Assembly: GCA_044376115.1 (NCBI GenBank)
Contig: JBILLK010000004.1
Span: 32,001 to 96,000 of the forward strand
Length of the DNA stretch: 64,000 nt
Direction of reading: 5' to 3'
From: Polyangiaceae bacterium
GTDB taxonomy: Bacteria > Myxococcota_A > Polyangia > Polyangiales > Polyangiaceae
How positions within the stretch are numbered: the first letter of the stretch is position 1; every line of letters starts with the position of its first letter. Positions 1 through 11,759 of this stretch are shown piece after piece. Under the pieces are notes generated by a model, which saw only the letters and a program-made list of their open reading frames with translations, ran no database searches and was not told the origin of the DNA. The position numbers and the translations under genes are program-made.

Positions 1-114
1 AGCCTTGAGCAGCTCCTGGCAAAGCCGCACGCGCTTGTCCACGACGCGCATGACCTCCCGATCAATCTCGTCGAGACGCTGAGTGAGTTCGTCGATGCGG
101 GAACGCGAGGTCAC
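1..114 (-). CDS. Partial CDS (5' part only; runs off the window): chorismate mutase-like N-terminus, possibly a P-protein
   Basis: Manual translation from GTG at 114: MTSRSRIDELTQRLDEIDREVMRVVDKRVRLCQELLKA, resembling the AroQ-type 'L(R)xxIDxIDxxIxxLLxxR' helix. Not in the ORF track because it is truncated. Confidence 0.55.
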   Translation of the reverse strand, partial: MTSRSRIDELTQRLDEIDREVMRVVDKRVRLCQELLKA

Positions 115-180
115 GCCTTACCCTACCAAGCTTTCAGTAAAAATTCTGCCAGCGATCGTGAGGGCGGAGCCACGACTCAC

Positions 181-525
181 TCAGGTCGTGGAGCTGCCCC
201 CTGAGCTTGACCCGCCGGAAGAGCCGCCCGAGGGAGCAGCCGCCGCCGGGGTGCTCGCGGCTGGCGTCGACGTGGTGGTCGAGGTTGAGCTCTCACTCGT
301 CGAACTCGAGCTGGGCGTGGACGAGTCTTTCTTGTTGCTCGAGCCGGAGTAAAGGTCCGAGTACCAGCCACTGCCTTTGAGGATGAAGCCGGTCCCTCGG
401 GAGATCTGCCGCTTGGCAGTCGGCCCTTTGCAAGCCGGGCAATCTCGCAGCGCGTCTTCTTTGATGCTTTGCTCAGCCTCCCACTCGTTACCGCAGGAGG
501 TGCATGCGTATTCGTACGTCGGCAT
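181..525 (-). CDS. FmdB-family zinc-ribbon regulatory protein with Ser/Thr-rich tail
   Basis: MPTYEYACTSCG...CPACKG...RQIS..GFILKGSGWY is the typical FmdB pattern. ATG at 525 chosen over the longer ORF start at 585. Confidence 0.85.
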   Translation of the reverse strand: MPTYEYACTSCGNEWEAEQSIKEDALRDCPACKGPTAKRQISRGTGFILKGSGWYSDLYSGSSNKKDSSTPSSSSTSESSTSTTTSTPAASTPAAAAPSGGSSGGSSSGGSSTT

Positions 526-732
526 TTGGGCAGACCTTTGCGGCTTCAAACGCGGTCCGTCAAGCGTTTCTCGGCTCGATGCCACGCTACACGTATGTCA
601 AGTCTTGTCGACCGAACGCGACCCGTGTACTCCCTTACATCGCGTGACTCTACGTGCCATGGCGTGACAATATGTTAATGGCAACTGTTCGCTCGGGCGC
701 GTGGTCTCAACGGGAAGGCAGATAAACACGAT

Positions 733-4344
<3,612 letters not shown>

Positions 4345-4352
4345 GATAAGCC

Positions 4353-4775
4353 ATGGCAGAGACCATCTTCAGCAAGATCCTGCGCGGTGAGATCCCCTGT
4401 CACAAGGTGTACGAGGACGACCTCGTGTTCGCCTTCCTCGATATCGGGCCGCTCTCACGAGGCCACACGCTAGTCATTCCGAAGGAGCCTGCGGCCACCG
4501 TGGACGCGCTCAGCGACGCCTCATCGGCCGCGATCGGCCGGGTGCTGCCCCGCCTGTGCCGCGCGGTGAAGGCCGCGACCGGAACCGAGCAGTACAACAT
4601 CCTGGTGAACAACGGCCCGCTGGCCCATCAGGCCGTCTTCCACGTGCACTTTCACATCATCCCAAAGCCCGATGAAAGCGCTGGGCTCGGCGTCGATTGG
4701 CCCACCAAGCCGATCGACCACGCTGACGCAAAAGAGCTAGCCGCAGCGATCGCCGCGCACGCTGACGCCGGCTGA
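4353..4775 (+). CDS. HIT-family nucleotide hydrolase (Hint-like)
   Basis: TIFSKILRGEIP, AFLDIGP..RGHTLVIPK and histidine triad HVHFH; 8 bp after the smc stop. Confidence 0.95.
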   Translation: MAETIFSKILRGEIPCHKVYEDDLVFAFLDIGPLSRGHTLVIPKEPAATVDALSDASSAAIGRVLPRLCRAVKAATGTEQYNILVNNGPLAHQAVFHVHFHIIPKPDESAGLGVDWPTKPIDHADAKELAAAIAAHADAG

Positions 4776-4789
4776 GCGGCTTAGCGCCC

Positions 4790-5302
4790 TTAGGGCACGC
4801 GCAGGATCAGGTGGAAGCCGAAGTCGGTTTCCACCACGTCGCTCATTTGTTGCAAATCGAGGGCGAAGGCCGCGTCGGCGAAGGGCTTCTGAAGCTCGCT
4901 GCGGCGCACGACGCCGAGTTCCCCTGCCCTCGTCGCAGCGCCGGCTTCATCGCTGAACTCGGTCACCACTTGGTCGAAGTCGGCGCCGCCGATCACTTTG
5001 TCACGTGCGACGATCGCCCGCTCGCAGGCCTCTTCACGCGAGCGGGTGACACCCTCGCGCGGGTTCTTCGCATCTTTGTGCTTCACCAGCACATGCTTCA
5101 CGTGCACCGAATCGGGCTCGCCCGCTCGCGGTTCGCGAATCACGTTGGCGAGCTCGATGCAGCTACGTTCAGCGGTGACCGCGCTCGCCTCAGGCAACGC
5201 CGTGCTCGAGTTGGCCGTGCCGCCACAAGCGGTCAACACGATGAACGCCACGGTAAGCAGCCGATGACTCCTAACACCCTTGACCTCGGCAACAGCGACC
5301 AT
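4790..5302 (-). CDS. Parvulin (PpiC-type) peptidyl-prolyl isomerase, lipoprotein
   Basis: Lipobox-like LTAC; rotamase motifs HVLVKH, FSD, GELG, FADAAFAL, SDVVETDFGFHLI. Start uncertain. Confidence 0.85.
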   Translation of the reverse strand: MVAVAEVKGVRSHRLLTVAFIVLTACGGTANSSTALPEASAVTAERSCIELANVIREPRAGEPDSVHVKHVLVKHKDAKNPREGVTRSREEACERAIVARDKVIGGADFDQVVTEFSDEAGAATRAGELGVVRRSELQKPFADAAFALDLQQMSDVVETDFGFHLILRVP

Positions 5303-5379
5303 GCGAACCTCTCGTGAGCCGTCACAACAAGGCGGTAGCGACAGCAATGTCACGGCGCCTTCCACGCAACAGACCTGAT

Positions 5380-5424
5380 TTTCAGAGATTTAAGCGCAAG
5401 GCGCGGATGGCACGGAAGGTGTAA
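5380..5424 (+). promoter_or_regulatory. Possible sigma54-type promoter with upstream IHF-like site
   Basis: TGGCACG at 5408-5414 (perfect -24 box), but the -12 position reads GT rather than GC. TTTCAG-AGAT-TTA at 5380-5392 is one mismatch from WATCAR-N4-TTR. Confidence 0.25.
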
Positions 5425-5463
5425 CAGCGCCGATGCTTACGCTTGAACTTGGCTTCCGCGTTC

Positions 5464-5503
5464 CGGGGGCGGGGCGCTCATTCCCGCGAGTACCTCGCCC
5501 CCG
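5464..5503. terminator. GC-rich stem-loop 3' of the S1-domain gene
   Basis: CGGGGGCGGGG (5464-5474) pairs with CCTCGCCCCCG (5493-5503), one G-T pair. No clear U-tract on the minus strand. Confidence 0.4.
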
Positions 5504-5511
5504 CGAGCCCT

Positions 5512-6273
5512 TCACTTCTTCTTGAACAGGTCGCCGAGCGTGCCGAAGTTGCGTGGCTCAGGCTTACCCGCCTTGGGCTTGGCCGCTTTAGCGTCCGCCG
5601 GCTTGCCGTCTGCAGCAGGCGCGGCTTCAGCCTGGTTGCCGCTCGAAAATGCCTCGTACTGCGCGCGCTCGGCGTCGATCGTGAGCGCCTTGAACGAAAG
5701 TCGGATCTTACCGTCCTCTTGGATCGCGAGGATCTTCGCCTCGACCTCGGCGCCCACCGCAAACAACTTCTTGAGATCGGCGCCGCGCGGCGTCCCGGTC
5801 TCGACCGTGGGCACGAGCCCGCGGCCGTTGCGGCCTTGGGTGCCTGCGATTTGCACGAACACGCCGTAGCGCTCCACGCCGGTCACGGTGCCGCGCACGT
5901 GAGCGCCTTCCAACAGGAGCGGGCCGCTCTTCGCCCGGGGAATGCTGAAAACCTGGTCGCCGTCCTCGATCACCCCAGCGCTCGGCGCTTGCCGCACGAA
6001 CACGGGGGAGAGCTTCACGCGCTCCCCGTCACTGTCCACCACCACCGCGTTGACGAGCGCACCTTCTTGCACCATCAGCGAGCCGTCCTGCGCGACGAGG
6101 TCACTGCGGTCGAAGAAGCCCTCTTGTTTTCCGCCAAGGTCGACGAAGACGGCATCTCGCGAGAACGCCACCACCTTCACTTCCATCCGGTCCCCTTTGC
6201 GGGGACGCATGGGGCGGGATTTACCTTGTTGGGAGGTTTCAAACAGCGCAGCGAACGAATCGTCTTTGGCCAT
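5512..6273 (-). CDS. Two-domain S1 RNA-binding protein (RpsA-like, short)
   Basis: Two S1 repeats (VFVDLGGKQEG; VRGTVTGVERYGVFV...GKIRLSFK) and an RpsA-like C-terminal FGTLGDLFK. Confidence 0.85.
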   Translation of the reverse strand: MAKDDSFAALFETSQQGKSRPMRPRKGDRMEVKVVAFSRDAVFVDLGGKQEGFFDRSDLVAQDGSLMVQEGALVNAVVVDSDGERVKLSPVFVRQAPSAGVIEDGDQVFSIPRAKSGPLLLEGAHVRGTVTGVERYGVFVQIAGTQGRNGRGLVPTVETGTPRGADLKKLFAVGAEVEAKILAIQEDGKIRLSFKALTIDAERAQYEAFSSGNQAEAAPAADGKPADAKAAKPKAGKPEPRNFGTLGDLFKKK

Positions 6274-6439
6274 GCGAATGTCTCGGTCTACCAAAGCGAC
6301 GGGAGTGTGTCATGCGCTTAACCCATCCTTCATCGGAGGAATCGGTCAGCGCGAGAATCCTAGCCCGTCGCTCACAAAAGCGTTTCAAGCGGAGGGACTC
6401 GAGTGCTAGGGTCCCCCGCGTGGTGCCTAGCGCACCATT

Positions 6440-6515
6440 GGGTTGATAGCTCAGTCGGTAGAGCTGCGGACTTTTAATCCGTAGGTCCGGGGTTCGAGTC
6501 CCCGTCGACCCACCA
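6440..6515 (+). tRNA. tRNA-Lys(TTT)
   Basis: 76 nt; acceptor GGGTTGA/TCGACCC, D-arm AGCTCAGTCGGTAGAGC, anticodon arm GCGGA-CTTTTAA-TCCGT, T-loop GGTTCGAGTCC, encoded CCA. Confidence 0.97.
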
Positions 6516-6541
6516 ATAGCGAGCCTGCGGAGCGGCGGCGA

Positions 6542-6856
6542 AATGACTCGTGCCAGACTCGAAGGTTCAAAGGGCCTTCGGCCGTTCTTGTCGAAGAGGG
6601 CACGAGTCATTGGTTTGCTTCATCCGCCTTCGGCGGAATGACTCGTGCCAAGTCGATCGTTCTGTTTGCTGCATCCACCTTCGGCGGAATGACTCGTGCC
6701 AAGTCGAAGGACGGACGGGGCCTTCGGCCGCTTTAGTTGCAGAAGGCACGAGTCATTCACTTCGTGCCTTCGGCACTCCGTAGACCTCCGTGGACTCCGT
6801 CCACTTCGTGGACTCTGTCCACTCCGGTTCTGTTCACTGCATCCGCCTTCGGCGGA
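6542..6856. repeat. REP/REPIN-like structured repeat cluster
   Basis: AATGACTCGTGCC at 6542, 6637 and 6688; its reverse complement at 6599 and 6745; a 44-bp near-identical direct repeat with 51-bp period (6613-6656, 6664-6707); seven C-TTC-G triloop hairpins. Confidence 0.9.
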
Positions 6857-6916
6857 AAGCGTCAAGCAACGCAAAGGCGTTTCGCGGGAGCAGCCGGCCT
6901 CGGATACGCTTGCGAT

Positions 6917-8701
6917 ATGAACTTGCAGCGCAATTCGTTGGTTGGCTTAGGGGCCTTGCTCGCTTCGCTCGCAGGCTGCGAGCCAGGGACAGAAAACGTC
7001 GGTGCCTCGAGCGCGACCGGCGCGTCGGGACCTGGTGCCGGAGGCGACGGCGGCAATGGCGGTGGCTTCGTTGGCTCGGGCGGTACCGGAGCAGGCACGG
7101 TTACCGGTTGCAGCGCCGATCTGAAGTACGTCGTCGATGAGCAGGGCAACGTGCTTCAGACCTGCGGGCCGGATGAAGGCTGCGCCGGCGGAATGTGCAT
7201 ACCGGCTTGCGACGCTGCAGCGGCGAGTCAGGGCAGCATCGGCTGCGACTACGTCCTTGCAACGCCGCACTTCATCAACATCATCGCTCCACCCTGCTTC
7301 GCTGCGTTCGTCACCAATAACTGGGACAAGCCGGTGCAGATCAACGTTTCACGCGGCGGGCAGACCTACGACGCCACGCAGTTTGGTCGCATTGCGCAGG
7401 CCAACCCGAACGTGGGAGCGTGGGCACCGCTCTCATCGCAAGGGCTCGCCCCTGGAGAGGTTGCCGTCTTGTTCTTGTCCGACGATCCGCAGAGTGTGAA
7501 CGTCACGCCCCTGACCTGCCCGATCGCACCGGCCCTGCGCACGAGCGGCGGTTCCGCAGTACCCAGCACTGGGATTGGAGCGGCCTGGCACATCACCACC
7601 GACGCGCCAGTCACGCTTTACGACATTCTCCCGTACGGCGGTGCCGCCAGCTACCTGCCTAGCGCCGAGTTGGTGCTGCCAACGAGTGCTTGGGGCACCA
7701 ACGTCGTCTCGGTACTACCGCCTGCGAGCAACGGTGGCAGCAGCTGGGGTCAAGTCACCGCGAGTGAAGCAACGACGTTCACCGTGCTTCCCAACGTGGG
7801 GCTACCCAGCGGAGCAGGGCTGCCGGGTTTTAGCGCGGGTGTGCAAGGCACGTTTACGTTGCAAGCTGGCGAGTACGTGCAGTGGGACGGCGCGGAGATG
7901 ACCGGGACGATCCTGCAGGCCGATCGGCCTTTCTCCTTCACCGGCGGCAATACCTACCAATGCTACAGCTCCGCCACTTCGAGCGGAGGTGGCTGCGATT
8001 CGGGCCATCAACAAGTAGCCCCCGTCTCGGCGCTCGGTAGCGACTACGTGGGCATTCCGTTCCGCACACGTAGCCCAAACAACACGCCGGAGTCGATCGT
8101 GTATCGCATCGTCGGCGTTCAGGACGGCACCACCCTCACCTTCGATCCACCGGTCTTTGACGCGCCCACCAGTTTGTCGCTCGGGCAAAGCGTGACCTTC
8201 GAATCGACCATGGCTTTCCGGGTTACCAGCCAAGGCAACGAGTTCCCGTTCTACCTCGGCCAAGCGATGTCGGGCTGCTTCGTTCCCGGCTCAGACGACT
8301 TCAATTGCCTGGGAGACGAGGACTACGTGACGATGCTTCCGCCGGCGCAGTGGCTTTCTCGCTACGTCTTCTTCAGCGACCCGACCTACCCCACCACCAA
8401 CTTGGTGTTCGTGCGCAAGCGAACCGCGGGTGCCTTCGCCGACGTGACCCTCGAATGTCTTGGCACGCTCACCGGGTGGCAGCCCGTTGGTAGCTCCGGT
8501 GAATTCGAGATCACCAACGTCGATCTGATCCGCAACAATGCTCCCAACGGAGCGTGCAACAACGGCCCGCAGGCTGCGGAAAGCACGGCACCCTTCGGCT
8601 TGATGGTCTGGGGTCTTTCGACCTTTGCCTCCTACGGTTACCCCGCCGGCGGCAACGCCTCGACCATCAACACCGTGGTGGTACCGCCCGTTCCCCAGTG
8701 A
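6917..8701 (+). CDS. IgGFc-binding-domain-like Cys-rich lipoprotein
   Basis: Lipobox LAGC, Gly-rich linker, Cys-rich segment, then LPxSAWG, HQQVAPVSALGSDY, PPAQWLSRY and C-terminal SYGYPAG typical of IgGFc_binding-domain proteins. ATG at 6917 chosen; the longer ORF runs through the repeat cluster. Confidence 0.72.
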   Translation: MNLQRNSLVGLGALLASLAGCEPGTENVGASSATGASGPGAGGDGGNGGGFVGSGGTGAGTVTGCSADLKYVVDEQGNVLQTCGPDEGCAGGMCIPACDAAAASQGSIGCDYVLATPHFINIIAPPCFAAFVTNNWDKPVQINVSRGGQTYDATQFGRIAQANPNVGAWAPLSSQGLAPGEVAVLFLSDDPQSVNVTPLTCPIAPALRTSGGSAVPSTGIGAAWHITTDAPVTLYDILPYGGAASYLPSAELVLPTSAWGTNVVSVLPPASNGGSSWGQVTASEATTFTVLPNVGLPSGAGLPGFSAGVQGTFTLQAGEYVQWDGAEMTGTILQADRPFSFTGGNTYQCYSSATSSGGGCDSGHQQVAPVSALGSDYVGIPFRTRSPNNTPESIVYRIVGVQDGTTLTFDPPVFDAPTSLSLGQSVTFESTMAFRVTSQGNEFPFYLGQAMSGCFVPGSDDFNCLGDEDYVTMLPPAQWLSRYVFFSDPTYPTTNLVFVRKRTAGAFADVTLECLGTLTGWQPVGSSGEFEITNVDLIRNNAPNGACNNGPQAAESTAPFGLMVWGLSTFASYGYPAGGNASTINTVVVPPVPQ

Positions 8702-8728
8702 TTCCCAGGGAGCGGGCGGGAGCAGCGT

Positions 8729-10726
8729 TCAGGTCGAGGGGCGCTGCTCGAAGGTCAGATACGTCTGCTCTTTGAGCCCGCGCTCGTACTCGGCAATTAG
8801 GCGCATACCCTCGGTGGGCTTGAGTCGGTCTTGCTTGATGGCAGCATCGACTTGAGCCTTCACCTTGGCGACCAACTCGTGCGTTTCCCACTGCGTCATC
8901 GAGAGCACCTCGCGGATGGTGTTCCCTTGGATCGTCTCTTCAACGTAGTAGCCGACCTCCTCGTCGTCATCGAGGAACACGTGGGCCTCATTCACACGCC
9001 CAAACAGGTTGTGAATGTCGCCCATGATGTCTTGGTAGGCGCCGGTCAGGAAGATGCCCAAGTAGTACGGCTTACCGTCGAAGGCGTGCAGCGGAAGCGT
9101 GTCTTTCACGTCCTCGAGGTCGATGAACTTCGACAGCTTGCCGTCGGAGTCACAGGTGATGTCGACGATCGTCGAGTCGGTCGAGGGACGCTCGTCCAAA
9201 CGCTGGATCGGCATCACCGGGAACAGCGCGCCGAGCGCCCAATGGTCGAGCAGCGACTGGAACACCGAGAAGTTACAGATGAACTGATCGGCGATCTGCG
9301 GCTTCAGCTCGAGCAGGCTGTCGGGAATCGTCACCTGACCTGGCCGCTCCGCAGCCATCGACAACATGCGACGCGCGACGCCCCAGAACAGCTCCTCCAC
9401 GCGCGCTTTGACCGGTAGCTCGAGCGCTCCGACCTCGAAGCGCTTCTGCGCTTCTTCTTTCACCGCCAAAAGATCGTTCCAGCATTCACCGAGGTTCTCG
9501 GCGCGCAGCTGCTCTTCGACGTAGGCGAGCTCCTGCACCAGCTTGTGCTCCTTGGTAGCGTCGATATCGGCGGCGGAAACCCGCACCTTTTCGATCGCCC
9601 CGAAGGCCTCGACGATCAGCACCGAGTGATGGGCAACGATGGCGCGGCCCGACTCGCTGATCACGTCGGGATGCGGCACCTTCTCTTCATCGCAAATGTC
9701 CCCGACGTTGTAGATGATGTCGCGGGCGTACTCTTCGAGGGAGTAGTTCATTGACGAGTGGAACGTCGAGCACGAGCCGTCGTAGTCGATGGCCAAGCCA
9801 CCGCCGACGTCCAGATATTCGATCGGCTGGCCCATCTTGCGCAGCTTGGCGTAGTGCCGAGCTGCCTCACGAACGGCGCGCTTGATGATCTGAATATCGG
9901 GGACCTGCGAGCCGATGTGGAAGTGGAGCAGCTTGAAGGCCTGCGACATCTGGCCCTCCTCGAGGATTTGCATGGCCTGCAAAATCTCCGAGGTGGTCAG
10001 CCCGAACTTCGCATGCTCACCGGCGCTGGTGGCCCACTTACCGGCGCCCTTCGACACCAAGCGGCAACGTAGGCCGATCAGCGGGTCTACGCCCATCTCT
10101 TTGGCCAAACGCACGATCGAACGGACCTCTGAGAGCTTCTCGGCGATCAGGATGATACGCTTGCCCAACTTGCGCCCGATCAACGCCGTGCGGATGTAGC
10201 TGTCGTCTTTGTAGCCGTTGCAGACGATCAGCGAGTCCATGTCGTTGTGGATCGACAGAGCCGCGAACATCTCCGGTTTGCTGCCGACCTCGATGCCGAA
10301 GTGGCTGGAGCGGCCGGCGTCCAAGATCTCCTCGACCACCTCGCGCAGCTGGTTGACCTTGATCGGGAAGACGCCGCGGTACTTACCGCGATACTTGTTG
10401 TCGTCGATGGCCGACTCGAAGGCCGCATTCAGCTTCTTGACGCGATGCCGGAGGATGTCTTGAAAGCGCAGCAGGAGCGGCGTCGTGAGGGACTCCTTGC
10501 GGACCTCCTCCACCACGTCGACGATCGGAATCCGTGGGCCGCGCGGGCCCTCCGGCGTCACGACCATGTTGCCCTTCTCGTCGATGTCGAAGTAGCCCGA
10601 GCCCCAGCGGCGTGTGAGATACAAATCTCGCGCTTGGTCGAGAGTCCACGGCCTTGATGCGCCATTGAGGCCGCCTTCGGCCTGCGAATCGGAGACACCC
10701 TTCAAAGGGGGAGTCGACAAGGTCAC
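8729..10726 (-). CDS. speA: Biosynthetic arginine decarboxylase
   Basis: PLP-lysine motif FPIKVNQ, EVGSKPE, HFHIGSQ, DVGGGL, ESGRA, NFSVFQSL.D.W, TCDSDG, GAYQD.MG..HNLFG. GTG start 7 nt after AAGGAG. Confidence 0.95.
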   Translation of the reverse strand: MTLSTPPLKGVSDSQAEGGLNGASRPWTLDQARDLYLTRRWGSGYFDIDEKGNMVVTPEGPRGPRIPIVDVVEEVRKESLTTPLLLRFQDILRHRVKKLNAAFESAIDDNKYRGKYRGVFPIKVNQLREVVEEILDAGRSSHFGIEVGSKPEMFAALSIHNDMDSLIVCNGYKDDSYIRTALIGRKLGKRIILIAEKLSEVRSIVRLAKEMGVDPLIGLRCRLVSKGAGKWATSAGEHAKFGLTTSEILQAMQILEEGQMSQAFKLLHFHIGSQVPDIQIIKRAVREAARHYAKLRKMGQPIEYLDVGGGLAIDYDGSCSTFHSSMNYSLEEYARDIIYNVGDICDEEKVPHPDVISESGRAIVAHHSVLIVEAFGAIEKVRVSAADIDATKEHKLVQELAYVEEQLRAENLGECWNDLLAVKEEAQKRFEVGALELPVKARVEELFWGVARRMLSMAAERPGQVTIPDSLLELKPQIADQFICNFSVFQSLLDHWALGALFPVMPIQRLDERPSTDSTIVDITCDSDGKLSKFIDLEDVKDTLPLHAFDGKPYYLGIFLTGAYQDIMGDIHNLFGRVNEAHVFLDDDEEVGYYVEETIQGNTIREVLSMTQWETHELVAKVKAQVDAAIKQDRLKPTEGMRLIAEYERGLKEQTYLTFEQRPST

Positions 10727-10883
10727 TTCAGTGCTCCTTCTGACCTGGGAGGAGGTCAGGACCAAACAATCAGGCAACGTTAGACGCTCGCCACAGTCGA
10801 CGTCGTCGGGCCCGAATAGAGTTAATGTCCCGCCCGATCAAGCACTAACGCGCGCCGAAACACGATTGTTCCGCTGACTCGGT

Positions 10884-11672
10884 TCACTCCTCCGGCTGAC
10901 GCGGACGGAGCGCGAAGGTCTTGCTGGCCCCATCACGCTCTTTCCGCACCCATTCGAGGAAAATCTGCGCCCATTGCACCTGGCCCTCGGCGGTTGGGTG
11001 GATCTTGTCGCCACCGCGCGGCAAGTCGGGTGAGAGCTTGTTTGAGTCGAAGTAGCGGCACGGCTGTGAGTTGTCGTGGATGATGCTGAGCAGCCCGTTG
11101 TCCTGATTGCCCCAAAGCGGCGGGCTGACCCAAACACACGGCGTATTCCCGATCAGTTTGACGAGCTCCTGTACCTTCGGCTTGCGGATCTCCGGCGTCT
11201 TGATCGCGAGTTCATTGCCTCCCAACGCGATCACCACGAGATCCGGCTTCTCCTGCAACAGGAGCAGGTTCACCCCGCGTTTGGGGCCGGCCCATTCGGG
11301 GATGAAGGTGGCCTTTTCGCCGCGGAGGACGGCCTTGCCCCCAAAGTCGGCCTCTTTTCTGCGCAGACCAGCGCCCAGTGCCTCGGCAAACGAATCCCCG
11401 ATCACGAGGATCTTGAGGCCCTTCGGTAGCGGCCCAGGGTCGACTGCGGCGACCGGCACCGCGCTCTCGGCAGGCTTGGCCGTTGCGCTCGCGTTGGCCG
11501 TGGGCGCAGTGGTCGGCTCGCTGCTGGGCTCCGCGCTCGCGGGCGTCACTGTTGCGGAGGCTGCAGGCGAAGTCGGCTCGCTCGGCGCCGGCGACGCCGG
11601 AGCGCAGGCCGCGGTGAGCGCCGAGGCCAAGAGACAACCGAGCCAGCAACCGAGAGAGTCGTGGGAAGCCAT
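10884..11672 (-). CDS. SGNH/GDSL-type hydrolase lipoprotein (DUF459-like)
   Basis: Lipoprotein-like signal (LTAAC), Pro/Ala linker, block I IGDSF, block III LGGNE, block V DKIHP. Confidence 0.75.
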   Translation of the reverse strand: MASHDSLGCWLGCLLASALTAACAPASPAPSEPTSPAASATVTPASAEPSSEPTTAPTANASATAKPAESAVPVAAVDPGPLPKGLKILVIGDSFAEALGAGLRRKEADFGGKAVLRGEKATFIPEWAGPKRGVNLLLLQEKPDLVVIALGGNELAIKTPEIRKPKVQELVKLIGNTPCVWVSPPLWGNQDNGLLSIIHDNSQPCRYFDSNKLSPDLPRGGDKIHPTAEGQVQWAQIFLEWVRKERDGASKTFALRPRQPEE

Positions 11673-11759
11673 GGGGCAAAACGATAAATCCGCGTTCGCG
11701 ATGGGGCCAACTCAGTCGCGCGAACGCCGCGAACCTTGTTGCCCGAAGCGCGCTCTCCT

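Noticed and set aside
6542..6856. CRISPR array
   Set aside because: Repeats occur in both orientations, the direct repeats are separated by only about 7 nt, there are no unique 30-40 nt spacers, and no cas genes are in the window.
6550..6920. Small ORFs across the repeat cluster, and the 60-aa extension of the IgGFc lipoprotein
   Set aside because: They merely translate the repeats; the lipoprotein signal peptide starts at 6917.
6440..8701. Genomic island or prophage integrated at tRNA-Lys
   Set aside because: No integrase or phage genes, and I saw no duplicate of the tRNA 3' end elsewhere in the window (checked by eye only).
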